NCBI RefSeq assembly: GCF_001194135.2
Contig: NC_068995.1
Coordinates: forward strand, 46,667,805 to 46,714,004
Length of the DNA stretch: 46,200 nucleotides
Reading direction: 5' to 3'
Source: Octopus bimaculoides
Lineage: Eukaryota
The translations under genes were made by a program, and so were the position numbers. Below the pieces are notes generated by a model. The model did not search any database. It was given only the letters and a program-made list of their open reading frames with translations, and was not told where the DNA came from. This document shows positions 1 to 12,555 of this stretch, piece by piece. The stretch's first letter is position 1. Each line of letters begins with the position of its first letter.

Positions 1-915
1 ATGTGTGTGTGTGTATCATATATGTACATGTACATTATATATATTTATATTAAATGTATATATATATATATATTTATATTAAATGTATATATATATATAT
101 ATATATACATAATGTATACATATATATGATATATATACATGTGTATATGTGTGTGCGCGCGCGTTCGTATGTGGATGGTTTATGTCGGATGCTTCTGTGT
201 GAGAGTACGTGTAACAAAATTCGTAGTATAGTTATGTATTCGTATATATCCGAAACATTTATATATTTTCCACACATTTATACATAATTTCATTAGCATC
301 ATTTATATTTATCTTTAAAAATGGCGGAATCTCGTTCACTATGTACCTACCGATATGTACGGGATTAAAAAAAATATATATAAATTACAGACTAGAAGAT
401 CCGAAAGAGTGCTCCATTGGTAAAAATGTTATTTCAAGAAGATGAGATATAACTGAAATACAAACAAATTGCACAAATGCACACATATGGACACACGCAT
501 GCATATGTTCCTACGTACATACGCACATACATATGCGAAGCCATATATGTATGTGTAAATATATGTGTTTTCTGAATGCTTACAGTTTTGTCTATTCCTT
601 TATAAACTCGATGAAATGTGTTTGTAAAAACGTATTTATCCATGTACCGCATAAGCGGTTATGTTTTGTATACAAATCTTCTCTCATGCACATACATAAT
701 ATGTATGTATGTATGTATCTGTCTATCTATCAATCTTTCTATCTATCAATCTATCTATCTATCAATCTATCTATCTATCAATCTATCTGTCTATCAATCT
801 ATCTATCTATATATTTATCTCTCTAATTAGGGGTAGAAAGGCACATATACATGTAAGCATACACGTGCATGCGCATACAGGCTCACGTATACATATACGT
901 GTACAAGTTTGATAG

Positions 916-1061
916 GGTGGTAAGATATATGCTTTGCAATAAGGTTGCGGGTTCAACGTGCCTACTGTACGGCAAATTGGGCAAGTGTTATCTTCTATAG
1001 CCACGAAGAGACCAAATCTTTGTGAGTAGTCTTTGTGAATGGAAACAGGAAGAAGCTCGTC
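916..1061 (+). mobile_element. SINE family A, degenerate head fragment
   Basis: Diverged match to the family seen intact at 20131 and 37299: gggttcaacgtg...ttgggcaagtgt...accaaatctttgtgagt...ggaaacaggaagaagctcgtc, followed by TA/TG-rich sequence. Confidence 0.65.
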
Positions 1062-1170
1062 ATTTATGCATGTATGTATGTATTATGTATGTGTATATAT
1101 ATATAAATATATATTCATGACCTTCTGAAATGTTATACACACACATACACCCACATATATGTAAATATAC

Positions 1171-1218
<48 letters not shown>

Positions 1219-1330
1219 NNNNNNNNNNNNNNNNNNNNNNNNNNNNNNNNNNNNNNNNNNNNNNNNNNNNNNNNNNNNNNNNNNNNNNNNNNNNNNNNNN
1301 NNNNNNNNNNNNNNNNNNNNNNNNNNNNNN

Positions 1331-1380
<50 letters not shown>

Positions 1381-1719
1381 CATGTATTTAATTATATTCG
1401 AGATGTTTCTTTTCTTCTTGATGGAAAAGTACAAGTCAGAAAAATGTAAATTAATTAAAACAGAACATTGGGAAAATCTTATGATAAAATGGATTTATAA
1501 TTTAAATTCAGTTCACATATTAAATTTTCATGAATGCAAAGCTATTGTAAGACACTTTCAGCGTAATTGTTTAATTTCAACGTATTTAATTGAAAAATAT
1601 TCCAGAATGGAAATTAAACGGCACACATTGAACGGTTTTACGCGTCATATCAAAATTGAAAAGAAATAACAATCTGGTTCAACTCTGAACAAAAACAATT
1701 GATTACCAGCTCATTAAAT

Positions 1720-2137
1720 AGGTGCAAGCATGGCTGTATGGTAAGAAGTTTTCTTCCTAGCAACATGGTTCCCGGTTCAATCTCACTATGTGCCAGCTTA
1801 GGAAAGTGTCTTTTATTACAAGCCTCGTGAATGGAAAATTGATAGACGGAAAATGAAAGAAGCCTACCTTGCATATATATATATGTAAAATTTCAGATCG
1901 TCATGAATATATGTGTATGTGTGTGTCTTTGTGTTTGTGCTTGTCCCCTACTACGCGATTGACACCCGGTGTTTAGCGGTTCAGCAAAAGAGTCCGATAG
2001 TATAAGTGCCAGATTTAAAAAAAAAAAGAATGTAATAAATACCTGGGTCGGTTCATTCGACCAAAAACTCTTTCAAGACGATGTCCCAGCATGGCCACAA
2101 TCTAATGACTGAAATCTGTACAAGTTAAAAGATAAAA
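1720..2137 (+). mobile_element. SINE family A, near full length (tRNA-like head, internal TA/TG microsatellite, 3' body)
   Basis: Head aggtgcaagcatggctgtatggtaag...ggttcaatctcac; gacggaaaatgaaagaagcc; 3' body ttagcggttcagcaaaagag...ccagcatggccac...aatgactgaaa. Collinear with the copies at 20131 and 37299. Confidence 0.85.
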
Positions 2138-2470
2138 TTTGTTGTTACTTAATAAGAAGAAAGACAGTCAGACCTTTGCAATGGTCTTACAAACTGATAG
2201 CAAATATCCACCTCCAGAGTGGATATATATATAATAATATAAATAATATATAAATATATGCATATATCCATACATATATGTACATACCTACATCTATATG
2301 TATACATACATGCATATATGGGTACAGGACATCACAAAATAAAAATGTTAAACACAATGAGAAAAGAAAACAGAAAACGAACTTTCTTTCGAACAACGAA
2401 AAAAACAGAGAAACGAGACATGCAAAATAAAGAAACTTCTCCTTCATCAGTTGTCCCTATATAGATATAT

Positions 2471-2636
2471 ACGACGGGCATCTTTCAGTTTCCGTCTACC
2501 AAATCTATTCACTAGGCTTTGGTCGGCCCGAGGCTATAGTAGAAGACACTTGCCCAAAGTGCCACGCAGTGGGAATGAACCCAGAGCCATGTGGTTGGTA
2601 AGCAAGCTACTTACCACACAGCCACTCCTACGCCTA
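2471..2636 (-). mobile_element. SINE family A head, reverse orientation
   Basis: Reverse complement reads taggcgtaggagtggctgtgtggtaagtagcttgcttaccaaccacatggctctgggttcattccc...gacggaaactgaaagatgcccgtcgt. A-box-like TGGCTGTGTGG and B-box-like GGTTCATTCC. Confidence 0.9.
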
Positions 2637-3536
2637 TAACTCTATTTAATCATTGGTTATCTTCCTATGAGGACGTCTCTATGAACTTAAAACTACATAT
2701 GCACACAAGAAAACGGGACTAAGCTAAGCAGCATGTCTTTCTACAGGCTTATTTGGGTTTTGCCTTGCTACAGACGGCAGCAAAATTGCTAAAAATGTCA
2801 CACCATATGATCTTTAAAGCACAACGAAGACAATGCGTATTGTACTTCCAAATATTCTATGCATGCAAAAATGGCAAGACAGACAGTCACGGTTGGAGCA
2901 ATTTTAATAATAGGACTCCTAGATTAACACTAAGATACGACTAGAAATAAACAGAACATACAAACAAAGCACGAAAAATAAAATAAAATAAAAATAAAAA
3001 ATAGAATCCAAACGTTTCTGAATAGAAAATGAGGGAAAAAAACTTCAGCTAAGCCTGTGAAAGGAATTTTACACATGCAATCCTAAAACAGTCTATTGAG
3101 AAAATATGTAGTAAAGAAGGAAAACAAAAACAGAAAAAGAGAAACAAGACAAGACATAATGTTATGAATTACATGGGAGCGTTCTTTAATCATGTTCTGT
3201 TATATAGGTGTAAACAAGAACGAGAGGAAGGCTGAATAATTTTACCTGTCAGTCGAAAAATATTACGTAACGATGAGAAAAGTATTTGATACCAACGTAA
3301 CAAAACTCCGTTAGAGAAACTGATATTGTAATTACCATTTTATAATTAGTGTCAAAGGTATGCACACAAACTCACAAATCAAGATCTGACTCTCTTTCTC
3401 TCTTTTTCTCGCTCACTCTGTTTCTTTCTTTCTTTCTTTCTTTCTTTCTGTATCTCTTTTCTCATCTTTCGATCTCTTGCACTTACATTAAGTAGTTCTT
3501 CTCTCTCTCGCTTCACACACACATATGCACGTATGC

Positions 3537-3586
<50 letters not shown>

Positions 3587-4738
3587 GCCGTTAAGTGAAC
3601 GCTTTCGATTAGGGATTTAACTGTGGAAAAAAAATGTCTAAAGAGGTGTGATTGAGTAAATTGTATGTAAAGAGATATATTGGGTAATTGTTAGTGTGTA
3701 TATATGCTTGTGTGTGTGTGCGTGTGTGTGTGACGCGTGCGTGTGTTATGTGTATATGTTATGAGGTGTTTTCCACAGTATTTCATGTTCGACAGCTGTT
3801 TCTGGCGACACAAAATTACGTAATAGTTGTGAGGATGGCAAACGGATCGAGCAAAATATCAAAGGTGTGCATACGTTAATATACGTACAAATATGGAAAT
3901 TTAATATCTATATGAGCGGTCAACTTAGCTTTTAATGCCTTTCAGGGTCAATAAAATCAGTATCTTTTGAGAAATTGGGGCCATATAATCTACTTATCCC
4001 CTCTTCTGTGCCAAACATTGGAACTAATATATTAAGAGGGTATCATTGAGTGTTTGAGCGTGGGTGTGTATTTATGCCAGCCAGTGACTACACACAAAAT
4101 GTGTGTGTTGTTATACTCGTGATACTCGGTCTGTGGAAAAATTGCTTTCCATGAAACCAGTTCATGGTGCAAAAAACTTTGGGAACTTCTGCTTCGGAAG
4201 ATTTAAGAAAGAGTGAGACACAATGACGTAAATGTTTTCTCTGTTTTCTAAGAAAAAGTATCAATTGAATTTGTTAATTAATGTACAAGGTTCACATTAT
4301 AGAATAATCACTTGCTATTGACTGCATCTGCAGTCTTGGATAATATAATGTAACGTTTTATGTCTCCGTTCATCAGATGACAAACTAACAACGTTAAGGA
4401 GCTGGCGGAATCCGGTTGCTTTAGCTCAGAATTATGCATGCTAACGTTCATGATGGTCCAGGACGTGACCCAAATCGAATGCTGCCAAGGTCAATTTGAA
4501 TGCGAGAGAAGGAAGAAGCGCATATTGTTCAAGGTCGCAGGAAAGCCCTAAAGATATTCTTTAGATACTGAACTTATGACATGTAAAGGTTAAGGGATAA
4601 GAGAGAAAAAGAAAGAAAGCAAGAAGGTGGATATTGAAATGCTTCGGCGGATTAAGATGTTTAGGAAGTTTTTTCTTCTTTTCTAAGGAGCTTAAAAGAT
4701 TTGCATTTGGGACCAGCTAGGATCGCAACTGGTGGTCC

Positions 4739-4880
<142 letters not shown>

Positions 4881-4893
4881 GTTGTTATAATTA

Positions 4894-5150
4894 AGGCAGC
4901 GAGCTGGGAGAATCGTTAGCACGCTGGACGAAATGTTGAGCCGCATCTCGTCCGTCGCTGTTTTCTGAGTTCAAATTCCACTGAGGTCGACATTGCCTTT
5001 CATCTTTCACGTTCGATAAATAAATACCAGTAACGCACTGGTGTCGATGACATCGACGTAACCCCTTCCTCCAAATTTCAGGACTTGCGCCTATAGTAGA
5101 AAAGATTATTATTATTATTATTATTATTATCATCATCATCATCATCATCT
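4894..5150 (+). mobile_element. SINE family B, full length with (ATT)n/(ATC)n tail
   Basis: aggcagcgagctgggagaatcgttagcacg...ttctgagttcaaattcc...gaggtcgacattgcctttcatc...gcactggtgtcgat. Collinear with 44063-44296; trinucleotide tail 5105-5150. Confidence 0.9.
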
Positions 5151-5387
5151 TTAAGGTAATGAACTAAAGGAATAGTTTGCACGATGCACAAATTACTTAG
5201 CAGCATTTCCAAAGATATTTTTATGCTAACATTTCAAATGCCACCAAGGATAATTTCACTTTTCATCATCCCAGGATTAATAAAATATTGATACAATTGG
5301 CTTATCCCCCCGCCCCAATAAAATTGTTGGCTTTGCGCCAAAATTTTAAGCAACAACAACAATAACAAGAACTACAACAAGAATAAT

Positions 5388-5547
5388 TTCAACTTTTAGC
5401 ACAAGGCTACCAGTTAGATGGGTGGAGTTAATTTGATTGCATCGACACTAATTCTCAACTGGCACTTATTTCATCAACCCCGAAATGATGAAAAGCAAAG
5501 TCGACCTCGGCGGAACTCGAACTCAGAACGTGAAGACGGCCGAAATG
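5388..5547 (-). mobile_element. SINE family B fragment, reverse
   Basis: Plus strand shows gcaaagtcgacctcggcggaactcgaactcagaacgt, the reverse complement of the family B core. Confidence 0.85.
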
Positions 5548-6045
5548 GATAATATCGATAAATACTCCAAGCATTCAAAAATTATCTAAATTTTCAGGAA
5601 GTTATGCAAATATTCGTAGTATGAAAATGAGTAAAATTTAAAATCTTTGCCTACCTGAAAAAGGCTGTATTCGTAGTAACGAAAGTAATTTACAAAAAAT
5701 GCCACAGTTTCTCATGATACAGGATGTGATTAAGTCAGGACATTTTTTATTTCGTACTGAATGTTACATCATGGGAAAATAGAAATTCATCTCAATGGTT
5801 TCGAAATCACTCTTGTTTTATAAACAATGCTTACGAAAAGGAACGTGATGTTGGTCAAAATATCTCACACAATGAATGGCCTATGAACAAACCATTGAGG
5901 CTTACAATCAATATGCATGTCCCAGTGAGTATAATTGAAGCCACACTGCTCTGAATAACACTGAATATTTGTAAGAGATTTTTGAAAACAAGTCTGCCTA
6001 CAGACAGAAAATAGCCCAAAACATTGAGAAAAAGAAAAGCAACTA

Positions 6046-6078
<33 letters not shown>

Positions 6079-6530
6079 CTCGTATACTCGAGTGTCAAGC
6101 ATTGTTTGCTAGCGGGCGAAGCAGCTTCTTCATAGGCTATCGTGAGAACATCTACATGGTCGCTCTGCAAGCAAGAAACAACAATCAAATTTCTCCAATT
6201 CACAAACCACTTTCTCAATACGGAAAATCCAAATTCATTTTTTAAACTTACACATCGAAAGACAAGGGATGGCGATCGTTAGTTGAGGGTCAAAGATTAT
6301 AGGTCGACTTCAGTTATGACTGACACTAACAAAAATATCAGCAACAATGGCAAGGCCAGAGCAGCATCACAGTCTAAGATATGTACTCTGAAAGGTAATC
6401 TAAGCAGAGAACACGATTTATATGAGCCAAAATTAGATCTGTTTCTTTTTATAGACGATTAGTTATAAAAGCATCTATAAGGACAACCATAACAACAAGA
6501 GGGCAAAGAAGAAAAGTATTTGAAAAAAGA

Positions 6531-6830
6531 GAGCTGGTAGCGTCGTTACACCACGAGGGAAAATACCATGTGGTATTTGTTCCGGCGTTATACATTCAGA
6601 GAACAAATCCCACCAATGCCTAACTTTTATCTGGATTGTAGTTGGTTCAGTAGTATTGACTAAACACCACCCTCTCAAAGTTGTTGGCCTTGTGCCTTTC
6701 TTAGGAAAAAATAATAAAGGTAGCGAGCTGGAGTCGATGGTATAAGTGCCAACTGAACACGATATAATAAACTTAAATCTTTAAAATTGCTGATGTGCCA
6801 GAATTTGAAATCATTATTAATATTAATAAT
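6531..6830 (+). mobile_element. Two degenerate SINE family B fragments in tandem
   Basis: gagctggtagcgtcgttacacc... and tagcgagctgg...; 3' motifs ggccttgtgcc and gtgccagaatttgaaatcatt. Confidence 0.6.
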
Positions 6831-6834
6831 AGTT

Positions 6835-7031
6835 GTTTCAAATTTTGGCACAACGTTAGCAGATTTTGAAGGGAGAGGAAAAGGGGTTTACCTCAACCCT
6901 TATAGTTGACTGCTATTTATTCTATCGACCCGTAAAGGAGGAAACGCAAACGCGACTATAACAGACATTAAACTCAGAACGTAAAGACGGGGAGAATGCC
7001 GATAGGCATTTTTTTAGTTGTGCCAGCTCGC
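6835..7031 (-). mobile_element. SINE family B, degenerate, reverse
   Basis: tttcaaattttggcacaa...tatcgacccgtaaagga...aactcagaacgtaaagacg...gccagctcgc. Confidence 0.75.
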
Positions 7032-7035
7032 TCTC

Positions 7036-7068
<33 letters not shown>

Positions 7069-7072
7069 TATA

Positions 7073-7365
7073 CCTTGATGCAGTACAAGGCAGTGGCTTT
7101 CATGGCGTCTGATCTTAACTGATTGGAAGTGTTATCATGTACATTGTTTTGTCTCATTGTAATAGAGGGGCTGCAGCAAATATTCTACTCAATGCCACAG
7201 ATTTGCTTGTGAGTTGTTTGACGTTAAACAGTTGAGCATGTCCCTTAGTGGCTGATGATAAGTGTATCTTTGATCATGAGCAGAAGTGGTGGGGGAGCAT
7301 GTGTTGAGAGGAATTCTTTGAGGTTTGGATAATTCACCTCTGGATTCATAGGTGTTTCGTTAAAA
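7073..7365. mobile_element. Probable dispersed repeat (likely non-coding part of a retroelement) abutting (AAT)n
   Basis: Non-coding, higher-GC block directly adjacent to the (AAT)n run 7037-7066. It resembles a repeat I associate with octopus DNA, but there is no second copy in the window and its orientation is unresolved. Confidence 0.4.
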
Positions 7366-7583
7366 CAAACTCATAATATTATTATGTTTTCTTCTCTAGA
7401 ACAATACTATGTGCAAAACCAAATATATGACATGTTAGGTATAACAGCAACATGAACTTCTAACTTGATGTCTCTTGAGATCTCTGGATGAGACTTGGAG
7501 TCAACTTGTACAAATACAAAGCAAAATTCAACAACAGCAACAACAACAACAACAACAACAACAATAATAATAATAATAATAAT

Positions 7584-7920
7584 ACAAAACTTTCAAAATA
7601 CAAAGACCTGGAAATAGAGATAACTCGAATGTGGAATCTAAAAACAGAAACAATTCCTATCATAGTAGGTGCCTTAGGTATAATAAAAAAATATTCAGAC
7701 AAATACATAACAAAAACACCAGGACTTACAAATATATATAACATACAGAAAATTGCACTACTGGGTACTGCACACATTCTACGCAAAACACTTTCAATAC
7801 AGTAAACATAAGAGCACCACAGCAAACCACAGCACATACCCAAGGCGCACAGAGCTGCGCTCGGTAGTGAAGTGAAAGCACGTTATAAAAATAAAACTAC
7901 TGAATAATAATAATAATAAT
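7584..7920 (+). mobile_element. 3' end of a restriction-like-endonuclease (RLE) non-LTR retrotransposon (R4/Dong/NeSL-type) with 3' UTR and (AAT)n tail
   Basis: Translates as TKLSKYKDLEIEITRMWNLKTETIPIIVGALGII...NIQKIALLGTAHILRKTLSIQ* (stop 7803-7805). KxxKYxxL, PIIVGALG and LLGTAHIL are typical RLE C-terminal motifs. Flanked by (AAC)n(AAT)n on the left and (AAT)6 on the right. Confidence 0.85.
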
Positions 7921-7924
7921 AAAG

Positions 7925-8070
7925 ATTATCGTCGGAGCATTGGGTTCAGAAGAAACATCTGGACATTTCCTTTACTTGGAACTGCACATATACTTCATAA
8001 AGTGCTGTCTGTCTGAGTTCCTTGTTGTGACTTGACAGACAAAACAACCCCACGGTACACACAATATTTT
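7925..8070 (+). mobile_element. Second, internally deleted RLE retroelement 3' fragment with a different 3' UTR
   Basis: att atc gtc gga gca ttg ggt = IIVGALG at 7925; ctt gga act gca cat ata ctt cat aaa gtg ctg tct gtc tga = LGTAHILHKVLSV* at 7975-8016 in a shifted frame. Confidence 0.7.
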
Positions 8071-8139
8071 CAATCTACAACATCCACAATATTGGATACT
8101 GTTCGACGTCTTCGGTAGTAATAATTACAATAACGGTGA

Positions 8140-8172
8140 TGATGATGTTGACGACGTTGATGATGATGATGG

Positions 8173-8218
<46 letters not shown>

Positions 8219-8225
8219 AATGATC
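8140..8225. repeat. (GAT)n microsatellite
   Basis: Read directly; source of the poly-M and poly-I ORFs. Confidence 0.95.
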
Positions 8226-8311
8226 ACGGTGATGCAGCTTTTATTTAGATGCATTCTTAACACTACGGATAAAATGCTTAGTGTCCCTTTTTTCCTTGTT
8301 TTACATTTTAA

Positions 8312-8440
8312 ATTCAAATACCACCTAGGTCAACTTTGCTTTTCAGCCTTTCGGGGTGTCGATTAAATAAAGTACCAGTCAAATACTTGGATCGATATAG
8401 TAAACTTACATCTAACTTCACAATTGCTGGCCTGATATTA
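8312..8440 (+). mobile_element. SINE family B 3' fragment
   Basis: ttcaaataccacctaggtcaactttgctttcagcctttcggggtgtcgattaaataaagtaccagt. Confidence 0.75.
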
Positions 8441-8473
8441 GACGCTAATACAAAGACGCTAATATTAAACGCA

Positions 8474-8476
<3 letters not shown>

Positions 8477-8568
<92 letters not shown>
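8477..8568. repeat. (TAT)n microsatellite
   Basis: Read directly; source of the poly-Y ORF. Confidence 0.98.
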
Positions 8569-8852
8569 GTTTTAATGCTTTGTGAGGTACCTGCTCGACT
8601 TTTGGTTTGTTCAATTAATTAATAAAGACAGTGGAATTTATACTCACTTGCATGCAAGTGAGTACATTCACACAAAAAACCAGTCCCCACCTCTCACACT
8701 AACACACACACACACGTACGGGCACCCACGCATATTTATGCCTTCAGTAACGCAAACGGATACATAGAAACAAAGTTAAATATATACATTACACATATGG
8801 TGCTTCATACATATATATATGCACACACATGTAAAATACACCACCATGTATG

Positions 8853-9965
<1,113 letters not shown>

Positions 9966-10577
9966 GTCTATATAAATCACTGTGTGTGTGTGTGTTGGTG
10001 TGTTAGTAATTTGGTAAAAAAATTATTGGTGACCCTCCGCCAAACATTTTGGTTACACTTCTTTCGCTCACACGATCAAAAAGTTATCAACAGGCATTGC
10101 ATTGTACGTATAAACCTCCATGCAGAGTAAGTGTGAATTGTAATCTCTTTTGGGAAATGGTTTTCAATTCACACTTTTAAAATTAAGCTACATACCTTTT
10201 ATGTAGTCTCGTTTGCGAATAGATTTTGTATGTCCTATATATTCGCGAATCAATTATTAACGTTCGTTCGTTTCACAAGCAAGCATAATCTAAACATACG
10301 GCCGATTGTTCTTAATCACGTATTTAATAAATAGTGTATAATTTCGGTAATTAAGAATATTTCCAATTGATTTAATTCACTTTGGTAAGAGTCACGCTTA
10401 ACTTCCATTATTATACAACATTGCCTATCGATAAGTATCTAATTAAGGAATTAAGATGCTTAATTTTTCTGCAGTCCTTGCGTGCGTATTAACTGTGTGG
10501 AAGTGAATTCGCAATTGATAAGCGTCCTTACTTACAATATTATCAGTAGATGGCACTTGAACAATTTTCATCAATAT

Positions 10578-10731
10578 AGGTGGAGGCGTAGCAGTGTGGT
10601 ATGAAGCTTGCTTCCCGATCACATGGTTCCCGGTTCAGTCCCACTGCGTAGCACCTTGGGCAAATGTCTTCTACTAAATCCTTGAGCCGACCAAAGCCTT
10701 TTGGTTGCATTTGCTTGCCAGAAACTGAAAG
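10578..10731 (+). mobile_element. SINE family A head
   Basis: aggtggaggcgtagcagtgtggt...cacatggttcccggttcagtcccactgcgtagcaccttgggcaaatgtcttctac...gccgaccaaagcc. Confidence 0.88.
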
Positions 10732-10783
10732 TTTGGGAAAAGCATTGGAAAAGTGCTTTGTGCAGTTTCTTCTGGTTGTCTAG

Positions 10784-10932
10784 GTTCTGAGTTCAAACCA
10801 TGCTCAACTCAGTTACGTCTTTCAACGGTTCCGGGATCGATAAATAAACTACCAATCAAATACCTGTATCATGAGACGCGACTAACATCCGTTCCTTGAA
10901 ATTTGTTCGTCTTGTGCCTAAGTGAGAAACAA

Positions 10933-10933
<1 letters not shown>
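10784..10933 (+). mobile_element. SINE family B fragment, degenerate
   Basis: gttctgagttcaaa...gggatcgataaataaactacca...cttgtgcctaagtgagaaacaat, then (TCTA)n. Confidence 0.65.
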
Positions 10934-10990
<57 letters not shown>

Positions 10991-11269
10991 CCGATCGATC
11001 GATCGATCTATGAATCCAGCTATCTGTATGTTTGTTTGTCTGTCTGTCTGTCTGTCTGACTTCCTGCTTATCTATCTACGCACACACACATAAGATTAAT
11101 GCATACATACTGACATACAAACACACTTACATACATACGATCCCACACCACACACACATACACAGACACGGAGACTCACACACACACACGCTTAAAAAGA
11201 TAAAAGCAAATCTTTTTGGACCAGACAAAATACATACATTAAAATGTTGACCCATCAAAGTGAAGCAAC

Positions 11270-11270
<1 letters not shown>

Positions 11271-11300
<30 letters not shown>

Positions 11301-11600
11301 CTTCTTCTTCTTCTTCTTCTTCCTCCTCCTCCTCCTCCTCCTCCCCTCCAAATCCTCTTCTTCTTCTTCTTCTTCTTCTTCTTCTCTTTTTGCTCATCCT
11401 TTTCCTTTACCCCTTGTTGCTCCTCCCTCCATCCATTCCATCCCACTTTCTTTTTTTCCATCCCTGTCTTTCCTCCTTCCTTTTCTCTTCATTTCTCCTC
11501 TATCTATTCCCTTTCCCCTTTCTTTACTTTTTCCATACACTCCTCCTCATACATCTCCCCCACTTCATCCTTGTTCTCTCTCGCTATTTTCTTCCATCTT
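11271..11600. repeat. (TTC)n/(CCT)n array running into a long polypyrimidine tract
   Basis: Read directly; source of the poly-F/L/S/K/R ORFs. Confidence 0.95.
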
Positions 11601-11666
11601 GTATTTTTTGTGACTCAAATATCCGTCGTCATCATGGCGCGGTCTTGTGATTAAATTATTATTCTT

Positions 11667-11990
11667 TCCATCCATCCATCCATCCATCCATCCATAATTT
11701 CCGCCCACTATTCCTGGGAAATCGTGGTGGGTAGACTCCCCAGGCACCTCCAACGTAGGATCGTACCACAAGCAACAATAATTCCCTTTTCCGACTGGAT
11801 TCCCAAGCGTGACCAACTGAAACCATGGATATTATCCAACCGTCTCGTTCTTGGTCTTCCCTTCAGTTTCCTTGTGCTTCGCTCAGCAAGAAAATTCTGT
11901 CTTGCGACTCTTTCCCGCGACATTCTAAGTACATTTCAGCAATAGAGTCATCATAAATCATTCTGGTAGACATGTGATGCTTCTAAGGGC
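11667..11990 (-). mobile_element. RTE-like LINE 3' end with (TGGA)n tail
   Basis: Minus strand MSRERVARQNFLAERSTRKLKGRPRTRRLDNIH...WSRLGI...LRWRCLGSLPT carries the RTE C-terminal GRPRTRW-like motif. A (TGGA)n tail follows (plus-strand (TCCA)n at 11667-11694). Confidence 0.8.
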
Positions 11991-12401
11991 GTACACAAGT
12001 TTCACAAAGGCTGAAGTGAGAGGGGCGAATAAAGCGCTCAAATTTGGAAAGGATGTGATTTGGCTCAAGATATAAAAAGCCTAAAATAGGGACTATATTA
12101 TCCGGCTGGCCTGTGCATACTACTAAGGCTGGACCTCAATATTTTTTTTAATTGATGAAACGAAAAAAGGAGCTACACCCAAGTCAAAATATGCCGACAA
12201 TATTCTTTTCTTGGCTTTTTCGGAGTCGACTCAGGACATTTTTTTTTTCTTTTTCTTTATAACTAACCGTTCGTTTATAAGAAACAGGGAAAACAAGAAG
12301 CGTAGACATCACGCCTCTTCGGCTGAGAATATAGACGAATCTACTTCTAGAACTGCACCGAACCCCAGTATACACCTATAGAGAGTTGAGAAGAGGAAGA
12401 A

Positions 12402-12435
12402 CAACAAGAACAAGAACAAGAACAACAACAACAAC

Positions 12436-12489
<54 letters not shown>

Positions 12490-12555
12490 TTAGAAGAAGA
12501 AGAAGAAGAAGAAGAAGAAGAAGAAGAAGAAGAAGAAGAAGAAGAAGAAGAAGAA
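12402..12555. repeat. Compound microsatellite (AAGAAC)n-(AAC)n-(AAT)n-(GAA)n
   Basis: Read directly. Confidence 0.95.

Noticed and set aside
7488-7805. 105-aa ORF as a host gene
   Set aside because: The N-terminus is flanking sequence plus an (AAC)/(AAT) run; only 7584-7805 is meaningful, and it is retroelement.
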